Shown: positions 33,880 through 45,505 of the stretch, piece after piece | How positions within the stretch are numbered: the first letter of the stretch is position 1 | Layout: each line of letters starts with the position of its first letter | DNA from: Flectonema sp. DT1601 | Taxonomy: Eukaryota | Direction of reading: 5' to 3' | Assembly (NCBI GenBank): GCA_964019425.1 | Contig: OZ025783.1 | Span: forward strand, 1,426,001-1,490,000 | DNA length: 64,000 bases | Position numbers and translations under genes: made by a program | The notes under the pieces: model-generated | The model's input: the letters and a program-made list of their open reading frames with translations, nothing else | Told to the model about the DNA's origin: nothing | Databases searched by the model: none

Positions 33880-34751
33880 GTTAGTTTTCGAATGGAAAAC
33901 CTGATTTAGTTAGCAGGTTTTAATTATTTAACTGTTTTGCTTTTTTTTACTTTTGGATTGTTGCTGAGGTATAAAAAGAAGAGTGTTGATTCCCAACCTC
34001 GCTTTTTTTGCTTCTCAAGTTAAACGAAATGCTGTGCGCGCCTGCGAACCGATTCACATCATAGATACCCGCTGTTTTTTGTATTTATTGTGTTCCAATC
34101 CTATCTTGCAGATCTCCACTGATTTTGTTTGCCTATTTTTGCTCTCTTTGATTTTCGTGGGTATTATTTTGTTTAACGTCACTCAACAAAGTAATTCCTT
34201 TGAGAAGTTTTATATATTTTTTCTCTTTTGCTGTTCTGCTTTCAATTCTTTTTAGTTTCGTTGGAAATTAAAAAAATCTTAAGTCAAGCATCAAATCAAT
34301 TCCCCATCTGCACTCTCGTATTTCCTAAACAAGAGTAATTGACTAATTTCATCGGTGAGTTTTGCTTTATTAACCAAATGATAAAATGATAAACAAACGA
34401 TAGCTGTTGACTCCTATTTTTCAACAACAAATCGGCTGTTCTTCCTCTCTAATTTTTTCAATTCATTTTATGACTCAAATAACGTACGGTAATTGTATTA
34501 ATTTATTTAGTTTTTTCGAACAGGATTGATCCACCAGTAGACACCCATGAGCAACGTATACACTCGGATAATTTCGCCCGGGAGTGGCACGCGTAGACAC
34601 TAGCGACACTGTATGTGGGAGAGGTCTTGTTTGTTTCAAAAAAAAAAAAAAAAATAATACCGATTACGCAGTATAAAAAGTATGAATAAAATATATTTAG
34701 CAAATGAAAAACTGATAAGTTAGTTAAATCTTCTCATTAGTTAAAATTAAT

Positions 34752-36125
34752 ATGTCGATTAGTACGAATGCAGCTGTAAACTTCAAAACGGCGTGTAAAG
34801 ACTTACGACGGGAAGAATCCGATCTGCTGAACAGACTGAAGTCTATTTCAATTGATTTTGAATGGCTTGAAGAGTTATTGGAATTCGCCACAGATGAATC
34901 CAATAAGAAATACCCAATAGTCGCAAATCTTCGATGTGGAGCTTGGTACTATCCTCCCTCAAAGCTTCATGCGACATCACATTACAAATCAACTGATGGA
35001 CATTATGGTACCTGGGCATTCTCAATGTCGAGACTTAATTTAAATATTATAAAGCTTCTTGAAGAACATACAGCTGTTTGCATCATTGACAGTACTAGAA
35101 AAGGGAAGTTATTCCCTGATGCGATGATTCGAACTATCCCAATATGGGCAGCTGTTTTAAACAGATTGAAATCACACATTGTTGGTGATGTTCAGCAAAA
35201 GGAATTCCCTTATTGCTCTCCGAGTGAACTGTCTCAAATTTGTTGTAAAATTAATAAATTTGTGAAAGACGCTCTAGATTCTGGGGTCATCTGGGATGAT
35301 GTTATACTGAAGAAAACTATTGAAATTAGATATATTTCACACGAAACGAATTCTCCAATTTCGGTTTTCGCTTCTGCTAATCCCGACGCGCATACAATAT
35401 TTTGCATTTCGGTTAGTTCACCGACGCCGAAGTATCGACCATCGTTTACCTATATTCAGGGTGCTGGCGATGATCACCAAGCATGGTCTAATGGTCTAGA
35501 ACCTTCAGGGTTCTGGAAATTTAAAAACGAGCTTTTATTGCTAGATAATATTGCTTGTGCGGAACTCGCAGATAAAATATCAAAAGAACATCGCGACCAA
35601 AATCGGTCATCGTTTTGTAAAGAAGAGAATATATCAGACAATATTATTCTTGGTGCGCATACTATCAGTATTTCAGCTTCTTCTGTATGTCGTATGTCGG
35701 GAATTCATTTTATGTCGGAGATGCCGAGTGATGAATTAAAAATATCAAATCTTGTGTTCGATGGAAAGTTTCAAACAACAAGTGGAGGATACCTCTGTTG
35801 TGTGGTACGGAGTGATAGTAAAAAAGACTTTGAAAAAGCAGCTCCATTTATTATTGATTTCGCCAGAGAGTGGTTTAAAATTAATGAAACACTTCCAATA
35901 AGCTGCCAGTCAGGTACCGACTGCAGCGTTGCTGCGGCTGTGTTGATTATTTCTGGTCTGTCGTCATCTGGTTGGGAATTAGATTTTTTGCCTCCTTCAG
36001 AAATATCAAAACACCGTCTTCGTGGAGTTCTCTCCAGACTAACAACATACGTACCAGGGGCATCTCCATCTCGAAATCTTATGAAGCAAATCAACAGAGT
36101 CTTCTTATCGAATAATAGAATTTAG
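34752..36125 (+). CDS. RIT1: Initiator tRNA A64 2'-O-ribosylphosphate transferase
   Basis: NRLKSI..D, PIVANLRCGAWY, YKSTDGHYGTWAFSMSRLNL, IIDSTRKGKLFPDAMIRTIPIWAAVLNR, YIQGAGDDH.AWS.GL.P..FW and C-terminal C.SG.D.SV ... PSR.LMKQ are Rit1 family motifs. Confidence 0.92.
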   Translation: MSISTNAAVNFKTACKDLRREESDLLNRLKSISIDFEWLEELLEFATDESNKKYPIVANLRCGAWYYPPSKLHATSHYKSTDGHYGTWAFSMSRLNLNIIKLLEEHTAVCIIDSTRKGKLFPDAMIRTIPIWAAVLNRLKSHIVGDVQQKEFPYCSPSELSQICCKINKFVKDALDSGVIWDDVILKKTIEIRYISHETNSPISVFASANPDAHTIFCISVSSPTPKYRPSFTYIQGAGDDHQAWSNGLEPSGFWKFKNELLLLDNIACAELADKISKEHRDQNRSSFCKEENISDNIILGAHTISISASSVCRMSGIHFMSEMPSDELKISNLVFDGKFQTTSGGYLCCVVRSDSKKDFEKAAPFIIDFAREWFKINETLPISCQSGTDCSVAAAVLIISGLSSSGWELDFLPPSEISKHRLRGVLSRLTTYVPGASPSRNLMKQINRVFLSNNRI

Positions 36126-36283
36126 GATATGACTTGTAATAGCTGTTTTCTATCCCAATTGGCAAATTACAATTTTTTGCTCTTCAAAGGTAAAGTTTTT
36201 ATTTATTTTATTAATTATTTCATTTTCTTTTTTTTCAGTCCTCACGACCTGCACAACGGGAAGTAAACCCCGCAGGAGAAGCG

Positions 36284-37402
36284 ATGAAGGTTGGTCAATA
36301 TGAATTAGGAAAGACTATCGGAAGGGGTGCCTTCAGCAAGGTGAAGGTGGCGACTCACATGGAATCGAGAACAGAATTCGTCGTTAAAATTATTGATAAG
36401 TTGGGTGGAGGATCGAAGAGTCAGAAAGATGTGAAAAATGAAGTTAAATTAGAAATATCAATTATGAAAAGGCTAACTCATGAAAACATAGTTAGGATGT
36501 ACGAAGTAATGGAATCAAGCAAGCACTACTACATCGTCTTAGAAAGTGTTAGAGGGGGTGACCTGTGTGATCACATCATGGGCGCAGGTAAGCTGGAAGA
36601 GCGAACTGCAAAAAAGTACCTCGTTCATCTTTGTGAAGGACTGAAGTCTTGTCATCACGCTGGGGTTGCTCACAGAGATATTAAACCAGAGAACTGTTTG
36701 ATTAGTAAAGACGGCATTCTCAAAGTCGCTGATTTCGGTCTTTCTCGTCTCCACAGAGGAAGAGGAGACGTACTTGATGCCACTGAATTTGCTACCGACA
36801 GTGTTGGTACTTTATCTTATGCAGCTCCCGAAGTCCTTGATGGTCCATACAATGCATTTAAGGCAGATCTTTGGAGCACTGGTGTTGTTGTATTTGTAAT
36901 GCTTACAGGTAAGTTTCCATTTGGTTCGAAGGGTTATACGGATGCTCAAATCCAGGATGACATTCGCAAAGGAAAGATTAATAGATTCCCGTCATCACTT
37001 TCAGATCATGCGAAAGATTTAATTAGCAGATTGATAATTGTTGATCCTTATAAAAGAATTGGTATCGATGATATACTAAAACATCCTTGGACTGAAGGAC
37101 ATGATATTGTAAAGGTATCAAAGAGGCCTGACGCTATAGACATAGATCAAGTTCAACAGGAGGCTAAGGCAACAGCAGCGGAAGCAATAGCAGACACTAT
37201 GTCTCCTACCTGGGCTGATTCCCCAGCTGCTGGAAACAGAACCAGGTTTATGCCTGCTTTATTTTCACCCAAGGCACAAGAATCTCCATCTCTTCCGTCG
37301 AACATTCCACCAACTGCTCCTTCTGGTTCGGGGCTTAACATGGATGACCTGAAAGGCCTTCTTGAGAAGGAAGCTAAAGAGCTTCAAAGTAAAAGAAAAT
37401 AG
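36284..37402 (+). CDS. Ser/Thr protein kinase, CAMK group (SNF1/CIPK-like)
   Basis: VGQYELGKTIGRGAFSKVK, HRDIKPEN, DFGLS, GTLSYAAPE, ADLWSTG. A pyrimidine tract + AG lies just upstream at about 36222-36238. Confidence 0.93.
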   Translation: MKVGQYELGKTIGRGAFSKVKVATHMESRTEFVVKIIDKLGGGSKSQKDVKNEVKLEISIMKRLTHENIVRMYEVMESSKHYYIVLESVRGGDLCDHIMGAGKLEERTAKKYLVHLCEGLKSCHHAGVAHRDIKPENCLISKDGILKVADFGLSRLHRGRGDVLDATEFATDSVGTLSYAAPEVLDGPYNAFKADLWSTGVVVFVMLTGKFPFGSKGYTDAQIQDDIRKGKINRFPSSLSDHAKDLISRLIIVDPYKRIGIDDILKHPWTEGHDIVKVSKRPDAIDIDQVQQEAKATAAEAIADTMSPTWADSPAAGNRTRFMPALFSPKAQESPSLPSNIPPTAPSGSGLNMDDLKGLLEKEAKELQSKRK

Positions 37403-38789
37403 TTTTGTATCCCCAATTGTACAATAGAAAAAAAAAAAAAAAAATAATGCGTGCTGGCGTTACACATTTCCCGAAACCTACTTTGGTAGAGAATGGGAAA
37501 AGAAAGAAAAAAAAAAAAAAAAAAATAGTATCGAATAAAAGCACTTATTTTCAACTACGTGACTCCTCCCCCCCTTTCCCCCAATAGCATTATAAAATTT
37601 TTCATACCCCATTTTTCGTGCTGAGATCTTACGTAATCTCTGTTTACTCGCCTATTAGCAGTATTTCTCATTACTATGCACAGCCCGAATATCGGCTGCT
37701 CTTCTAACTGACGTATAATTATTACACCTAATGTGACACATGTAAGTAGTCGGTTCTGTATTCCCTCCCTAGTGGAAGTTGATAGCATGAAAGAACCCCT
37801 TTGTAATATCAATGCACATTGTTTTTCCAAGTTTCCCCCCCCTTTTTTTTTCCCTTCTTTTTTTCTATGCGATACAAGAAAAACCCTTCAAAAAAAAATA
37901 ATAAGAAAAAAAAAATAATTGATAAAAACAGTTTATCGTTTTACATACATTTTGAATAGCAAAAAAAAAAAAAAAAAAAAAAAAGTATTTTCATGCAGGA
38001 TGGATTCCTGCATTTTCCTTTTTTTTTTTTTTTTTTTTCTCCCTCCTTTTTTCTCTTTTTTTTTCTTAAAAAACCCACGTTTTACGAGAATAAGGGTTCG
38101 GGTGAAAAAAAAAAAGTGTTTAAACATAAATTAAAAAAAAAAAGAAAGAAAAAAAAGATTTTCAATTCCTTTTCTGGTATATTTTTGTAGGCTGCAAAAA
38201 TTTTAGATTTGTGCAACGTCGACAACTAGGTGTCAATTGACACGAGGAGGAGGAGGGGTTATAAAAGTTACTTATTATTTGTAACTACCCTCCTCCACTC
38301 GCCCCGTTGATTCGTTTTGAGGGAAAAAAAAAAAAAAAAAAAAAAAAAAGGGCTTCTCACGATTCCTGATTGTGGTTGGGAACGTCTCTACTGTATGTTC
38401 TACTTCCACTGCTTACCAGACTTGATGATGTGTTGTTGTAGCGTGTGCAATTCAGTTCTTTACTGAGGTATTTTTAGACAACTATGTTATCATTGTGTTT
38501 GATGACTCTTTTGCACTTATCCTCTTCATTTTGTGAAGGGTATGTCACTTTGCAAAACTTGGACATGATCCGCCTTTCGGATTGACTTTCACTTCTTTAT
38601 ACTGTTACTTGGTGCTGGTATAGCCTGCTCTTGCAACCGCCCCCGCGAGTCTGGTCTCCTGGTGATGTATATATTTCTTTTTTTTTTTTTTTTTGGTTTT
38701 TTTGTTTTTCCCCGTTACAAAATCGGTTGGTTGCTTTAACGGTTCTCAAGATGTAGATAAGGATGTGATGCGACGATTCTTAAAGGTAC

Positions 38790-38822
<33 letters not shown>

Positions 38823-41350
38823 AAAAAAAGAAAAAGAGAAAATGTCTTGTCACGTTAATGCAACCAACACCTCAAAGCAAAACAAACAAATACAAACATT
38901 TCTTATACTATGTTCTCAGCAATAATTAGAAGGAAAAATTCCGCAAGCGTCTAGCCAAAATCTGGTCTGTCTTTTGTACTATTCCGCACTTCTCTTACTG
39001 AAATTGCTATACCTTCTTTTTTTTTTTTTTCTTTTTTGTTGCTGTGGCCTGACAATCGTAAAATTACGATGAGAGTGGAAGTAAAAAAAAGCTTATTACG
39101 CCTTATTTTTCAAATGTTCAAAAAAAAAAAAAAAAAAAAAAAAAATGGAAGAAAAACACTCTGTGGCTGATTGTTTCAGCTGCAGTGTTGCCTCATTGGA
39201 TTCTTTCTTCACGATCCTCGCATGTTAGATTGTGTTTGCTAGACCATTCATTTTAATGCATAATTCTTATCCGCATCTCTAAGGTGCGATCAGTTTTACG
39301 TCAGGGATCACCTTTTTTTTTTTTTTTCGATCTTTCCTGTGTGGTAATAATGGTTCAAAAAAAAAAAAAAAAAAAAGTTTTTCTTCTTGTCACTTTACGT
39401 TTTCCATTCTTGTTTTTTTTTTTGATTATTAATGCAACTAACTAACTAAGTTTTGAAGGTCCGAAAGTACGTATTCTCACGGTATTAAAAAAATTAGTGC
39501 ACTTATCTTATAACAAACTCATATACTAACTACAACTGGAAAAAAAATAATGAGAAGAAACTTTTTTTTTTCCTTTTTCTTTTTCATTTTTTTCTTTTTG
39601 GTACCCAGATTGATTAATGACCTGCGTACTGTTGTTCTGACCCCACCCAAAACTTTTTGAACTATGAAAGACTGCTCTCCCATTGAATTTGGTGGGACAT
39701 GTTCCCCTTTTGTGCGATTTTTTAATCCTTTTTTTTCCGTCTTTCCAGTCATTTCTTCGGGTTTACAATTATTGGATGCTATGCATTAAGACAAACGCCT
39801 CTTAAGAATTTCCTTCACATGCAAAATGCGATTTACGGTAGTAGTACCTTATGAATGTAGTGGTTTATATTTTCAGTTTTTTTTTTTTTTTTTTGTGTTT
39901 TCGACAAGTGAGATTTTTGTCAAAAAAAAAAACAACTAAGTCGTTGGCAGCGTGGAGTGTGTTTCACAATATCATATTATTGGAATTTTTTTTTTTTTTT
40001 TTGGGAATTTTTTAATCACACAAACCAGTGCGCACGAACAAGCGAAGTGCAAGCTTTAGACAATTACATCAAGACTCTTCCCTCGGGGAAAAAAAAAAAA
40101 AAAAAAAAAAATCAAACATCTTGCTGAGGTAGCTTAACGGAAGTAAGTGATCTCAGGACGTCGTTATCAACTTACAAGTCGACCATTCAAGGAGTTGTCT
40201 TAAAACGAGTGTAAATTCCAGAAAAAAATTGTTCTCTTTTTATCGTTTCATTGAGCATAAGCAACCGAGAACGATTAAGCCTCTTATTTATTTGTTATAT
40301 TATTATATTAATATAATTATTATTTTTTTTATATTCTTTCTTTTTTTTTTTTCTTTTCTTCCCCCTCGTAACTACTGTATCGACTGAGTTCAATAATTTG
40401 ACACTCTGACAACAAAAGTTTTATTTTTGTTGTCTCACTTGATGCTGTGTGCTGTTTATTTAAGGATCTTATCTTTCCCCCGACACCTTGTTCAGTTTTG
40501 GAGTACTACAGACATCTCCGATTCGGTTTTTTTGTCCTTATATTATCAAAAGCAACAGCCTAAGCAAAACGATAACAGTACTGTGCCAACTAACGTTGCT
40601 GTTGACTCGTAGCTATGGAGTTGCTTAGTTTTGCTGTATCAGGTGATAGATAACACTTCTTTTATCTATCTACTTATTGCATAGTGGTAAAAGCATTCTG
40701 CACAAGGGAGGGGAAGAAAAAAAAAGAAAATAAGTCACTCCGGAAGTTTGGCTTCCCTGACTTCGATATATAAGTAAATACTTATCGTCACAGTTATCCG
40801 CTGAACGTGTGCGAACTGACATCGGGGAAAGAGAAAGAAAAAAGGTTGATGAGTTATTATTTTTTAAAGAACTTTTTTGGGAACGAGGTGGAAATTGCGA
40901 GTTTTTTTTTGGTGTATCAGCCGCCACGAAAAAAATGAAAAAAAATAGTAGAAAAGAAAAGAAAGAAAACCAAAATAGTGTACAAAAAAAAACGGTATAA
41001 GAAACTTTGTGAGCTACTGTGCAATAATATGGAAGGGGAAATAAACAAGAGTTTGCAAGTGTCATAGAAAGAAAGAAACAGGAACGAAAAAAAAAATATA
41101 TATGCCACAAGAATTGAACTGAAAGCTATTCTTTTTGACTCGTCGGAGGGGCGTCCTTTCCCTTCCCCCGGACTGACACATAGCTATTTCCCCGTACTCA
41201 TAAATATAACATACTGCGCTATGTGATGATGGCCGTAACATTGACTTCATAAAAAATATCTGTTTGATGTTTTCTTAATATTAAAGTGATGTTCTTATAT
41301 TCTATTTAAGCTACTTGCAGGTAAACAAAAAAAAGTGATCAGAAGACGGT

Positions 41351-41869
41351 ATGACATCCCAGTTTACATATGAAGATGTCTATAAGCCTCTAGTTCAACA
41401 GTATAATGAAGAGAAAGCAAGGAGAGAGTGTTGGTGGAAAACGGTTGGATTCTGGGTTAGTGTTTGTTTGTCTTATGCAGGTATTAGTTTGTTAGTATCG
41501 AGCGTATCGTTTATACTGAGGTTTATATTTAGCGGTGAAGAAGAATGGGAAGATATTGCGATTGCTGCTGTCACAACAAGTTCCATCTCGTACACGACAT
41601 CTTCAATGTTGACTTGCTGTTGTTATTCAACCATTCATCACTATCACATTTTTAAAAAGATTATTATTTCTCAAATTATCATTTTTGTAATCTCTCCCTT
41701 GGCACATTCCTTCTGCATGTACAGACTCTATGGTCCAAACCAAGCGGTTGTAAGCTCTGAAATATCAGGCATAGTGTCTCTGATAGCTGTCATGCCTTTA
41801 GGTGCCTTGCTCTGCTTAGCAAAACACTGCAAACATATAAAAAATGATAAATTCAGATCACAGTTGTAG
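41351..41869 (+). CDS. Hypothetical membrane protein (about 4 TM segments)
   Basis: 172-aa ORF with ATG, coding-like composition and four hydrophobic stretches; an AG acceptor at 41319-41320 lies upstream. Confidence 0.65.
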   Translation: MTSQFTYEDVYKPLVQQYNEEKARRECWWKTVGFWVSVCLSYAGISLLVSSVSFILRFIFSGEEEWEDIAIAAVTTSSISYTTSSMLTCCCYSTIHHYHIFKKIIISQIIIFVISPLAHSFCMYRLYGPNQAVVSSEISGIVSLIAVMPLGALLCLAKHCKHIKNDKFRSQL

Positions 41870-42215
41870 ATATTTATACAACGTAGCCAATACTACGTCA
41901 TTCCTTTTTCTGTTTTTTTTTTAAACCTGTTCCACACGAGAGAGAGAATTATTAGTGTGGCATCAATTCCTTTTTTTTCATTGCCAAGTTAACAAGTTTG
42001 ACACAATGAGTTTCTCATAACTAACTGTTTATACTAAATAGAGTAGTTGTTTGACAGGTACAGCTACCACTTTCTATTTATGTTCTGTGATTGTTATCAT
42101 ATCAATTCTTTTATTCAGAATGACACGTAGCAAAGATCGACATTGATTTGGACTTTTATTTCCTTTGCAACCTTCATCAGTTTATTTATTATTCATTTTT
42201 TCCAGGACACTGACA

Positions 42216-45200
42216 ATGTCCGAAGTTATGAACGAAACTGACGCTTCCATTGCGAGAGTAGAGGTTCCCATACCAGTGAGAAGAGATGCAGCCTCACAAT
42301 TACATGGAGCGCTTATTGAATTAGAAAAGTATAAAGTTGGTGCTCTACACGCTTTATGTGAACAAGAACTTGACAGAAGAGATGTAATGATTACTAATGA
42401 AGCTGCTGTTAGGAGAACTGTTCATGTTGATTACATGACAAGAAAACGACTAATCTTATCAGACAGAGCAACAATGGAAGCAGAACAACGAGCTGACAAT
42501 GCGACAAAGCTACAATCTCGTGCTACTGTTGCTTGTGAAGAAATGGAGTTGACGGTTTCAAGGCTGAAAGCTGATTTAGCGTCAACTTCTAAGAAACGAA
42601 ATGAACTGACTGCCGAGTCAGTTGGTCTAAGGAGTGAAGTATCAAGTAACAGAGATCGATTGCAGGATTTAGAATCAATTTTATCAACCTGCAGAGATGA
42701 TGAAGCAGCTCACTTACGAAAAATCCAATCACTTGAAATGGAACTAACCCGAGAAAAGAAACACACCAAAGAAACACATCAACAACTATCAGACCTAACA
42801 AACGATTGCAATCAACTTCGTGAAGCAGAATCCACTTTGAGACAAAAACAACAAATTGCTGAAACTCGACATGCGACTGAACTTCATAACGCAACACTCC
42901 GTCTGGACACAATGACACAGCAATTACAACAATTAGAATCCAGTGACACTACACGTCATAATGAGTTTCTTACGGCTAAGCAATCCGCGCACTCAACTCA
43001 ACTTGAATTTGATTTGTTAAAAAGGGAAACTCTTGAAGAGAAACATGATCTTCAAAATCAAATAAAGAAACTGGAAGTTGATCTTCGAATCTCAAGAGAC
43101 CACAATAACTTTCTTCAAAAAGAACTACACAATAACACTATACAAGCTATTCTTGATGAAGAACAAGTTTTTAGAGAGCGTACTTCCAGAGTAGAAGTAG
43201 AACAGAGATACTCGCTATCTATGAGATGCTACTATACCACAACCAGACTATTTCAAGATACCGACACAAGCATCTCAACTACTATGAATGCAGTTACAAA
43301 ATCATCACATGATCTGTCAGAATTACAAGTAGCTGCAGAGCGTATTATAAATTCACAAGCAGAACGTGACACTGCAGTAGTTGCATTACGACGAGAGGGT
43401 GAGGCAACACTTGATCAACTTACTGCTGTTTTAAAAAAGAAAGATGCTGCCCTCCGACAAATCACAGGGTTATTAAAAGTGCAAACAGCTCTTCAGGAAG
43501 AAGTACAGAATTTGGAATTCTCCCTCGGACAGGTTGCTGGTGAGCGAGACACTGCTTTACAATTAACGGCCTCAACACAGAAGGACGAGGCGCGTGAAAT
43601 CGCTACTGAAATAACTAATTTAAGAAAGATTCTTCACAATAGTCAGTTGAAAACTCATGAACAGCAACATGAAATGGCATTAATGAGAAAAGATGTCGAA
43701 AAGAAGAACATCGAGCTAACAATAATGTCCCAACGCTGTAAGGCTGCACTTCGTGAAGCCTCTCACCTTCGCAAGAAAAAACAAGCCAACGACAGATTAA
43801 CAAACCGATCAGTAAGCCAACAGTCAGTTGGTACTTTAACGACAGCTACGACTGTTAGAAAACGATCCCAGAGTCCAGTTTCTACGTCAGTTGCGTCGAC
43901 CAGTACGAGTATCAGAAGGCATACTGAGTCACCAACTCCTGAACGCTCCCCTGCCCGCCGATCGAATAAAAAAATCATTCGGAGAACCATATCTCCAGGA
44001 GGGCAACATCCTCCACCTTCTCTGTCTCTCTTCACCGAAGATGGCTCTTCTCGTATTCAGTACTTGCGCAGCCTGCTATCGGATAAAGATTCACAACTAC
44101 GTGATGTGAGGTCAAATTTACAGTTTTCTGAACAGCAGAAGTATTCTCTTCAAGAACAGTTGAGTTTGCAAATATCTAAAGCAGCTTCTCATTCACCTGA
44201 AGTAGAGGCTGTCAGTACTGGAGTCATTACGTCCCCAGCACTACTGTTGAGCACTCCGAAATCAGGACCGGATGTTGACTCTTTATTAAGAGAAAAAGAT
44301 CGACTACTTCAACAAATGGACATGCAAGTTACTGAACTCACAACAGAATTAGAAACCATTCAACTAACCCACGCTGAGTTAGTTACTGCTTACGATGTTA
44401 GTAACGAGAGAATTGCAGAGTTTAAGAAGACGCAAGAAACTCTGCTACATGAGAATATAAAATTAAGTGAAGAGGTAGTCGCTTCTCATGGAAGATCATC
44501 AAATGCAGTTGCGGAGATAAAAGAAATATTATCGGAGAGAACAGCTGAGAAAGAACGCTACAACCAACTTCTTCATGGAGTTCAACAGAAGGCAAGTAAC
44601 GCAACTGTAGCAACGGCAGAGCAATTATGTCAACTTCAGAAAGCTAATAAAGAGCTTACTGAAAAACTGCTGAGTCTAACTCAGCAATTAGCATCAAGTC
44701 AACCTCTTACAAAGCCAAACACTTTAGATAAAGACATCCAAACAGACACCACACCGATCGAACGGTCAGAACGGTCAGATAATAATGTCCCGTTCCAAGA
44801 ACGTGTTATAATAAAAGAATTAACGAACACTGATCAAGAAGTGTTGTCTAAAGCTTATCAATCAGGGTATGACGCTTGTAAAATAGAAATGAGTGAGCTT
44901 TCAAATAAATATGAAAAACTTATAAAAGATCGTCAAGTTCGACTCCAACGTGAGCGGATTTCGGAACGCCGAAATGCGTCAACCGAATATCAGTTAAATG
45001 AAGAGATTGAGCAACTTAGACAGCAGCTTGCAAAAAGTAAGCAAACACATCTAAAGGAAGTGACGGAACTCCGTGCTAACGCGGAGAGACTAACTGCCCG
45101 AGCAGATACCCGCCTTTCAAAAATTAAAGAACTTCAGTTCCACTTAAGGGAGTTTAGAAGCCTCCCGGAGCCTGAGAGTATAGTCACAGAGTCTAGCCAC

Positions 45201-45248
45201 CCTCATAGTAAAAGGAAGTGTCCTACTTGTGGCAGGTTCGCGAAATAG
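42216..45248 (+). CDS. Long coiled-coil protein (~1010 aa) with central Ser/Thr/Arg-rich linker and C-terminal CPTC
   Basis: Heptad-like L/E/Q/K-rich ORF. ATG 42216 follows the ttcattttttccag acceptor. Confidence 0.85.
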   Translation: MSEVMNETDASIARVEVPIPVRRDAASQLHGALIELEKYKVGALHALCEQELDRRDVMITNEAAVRRTVHVDYMTRKRLILSDRATMEAEQRADNATKLQSRATVACEEMELTVSRLKADLASTSKKRNELTAESVGLRSEVSSNRDRLQDLESILSTCRDDEAAHLRKIQSLEMELTREKKHTKETHQQLSDLTNDCNQLREAESTLRQKQQIAETRHATELHNATLRLDTMTQQLQQLESSDTTRHNEFLTAKQSAHSTQLEFDLLKRETLEEKHDLQNQIKKLEVDLRISRDHNNFLQKELHNNTIQAILDEEQVFRERTSRVEVEQRYSLSMRCYYTTTRLFQDTDTSISTTMNAVTKSSHDLSELQVAAERIINSQAERDTAVVALRREGEATLDQLTAVLKKKDAALRQITGLLKVQTALQEEVQNLEFSLGQVAGERDTALQLTASTQKDEAREIATEITNLRKILHNSQLKTHEQQHEMALMRKDVEKKNIELTIMSQRCKAALREASHLRKKKQANDRLTNRSVSQQSVGTLTTATTVRKRSQSPVSTSVASTSTSIRRHTESPTPERSPARRSNKKIIRRTISPGGQHPPPSLSLFTEDGSSRIQYLRSLLSDKDSQLRDVRSNLQFSEQQKYSLQEQLSLQISKAASHSPEVEAVSTGVITSPALLLSTPKSGPDVDSLLREKDRLLQQMDMQVTELTTELETIQLTHAELVTAYDVSNERIAEFKKTQETLLHENIKLSEEVVASHGRSSNAVAEIKEILSERTAEKERYNQLLHGVQQKASNATVATAEQLCQLQKANKELTEKLLSLTQQLASSQPLTKPNTLDKDIQTDTTPIERSERSDNNVPFQERVIIKELTNTDQEVLSKAYQSGYDACKIEMSELSNKYEKLIKDRQVRLQRERISERRNASTEYQLNEEIEQLRQQLAKSKQTHLKEVTELRANAERLTARADTRLSKIKELQFHLREFRSLPEPESIVTESSHPHSKRKCPTCGRFAK

Positions 45249-45505
45249 CATGTGAACTTTTCTTTTTTCACTTTGAAAATCCCTCTAACTTAGAGTTCCC
45301 TTTAAATCGGGATTATGATTTCGATTGTCGTATTACTGTTTCAATAGATTTTGTATTAGTAAGTTAGATAAATAAGTTCTGTATGGTTGTTAAAACAGTT
45401 TTGTTTCAATCCCCCTTTCAGGAACAAAAGAGAAAAAAAAAAAAAAAATCTTTTCAATCAGAGTTTTAACAATATCTCATTAAACAGAACAAATATATTA
45501 AAGTG

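Noticed and set aside
19468..34255. Repeated ~90-aa hydrophobic ORFs downstream of each Cys-rich gene
   Set aside because: T-rich 3' trailer sequence with non-ATG starts and start/indel differences between copies; most likely UTR.
37405..41250. Many poly-Lys/poly-Phe ORFs here and at 686-1344, 47877-48122, 53114-55135 and 60148-60629
   Set aside because: They are translations of homopolymer A/T tracts.
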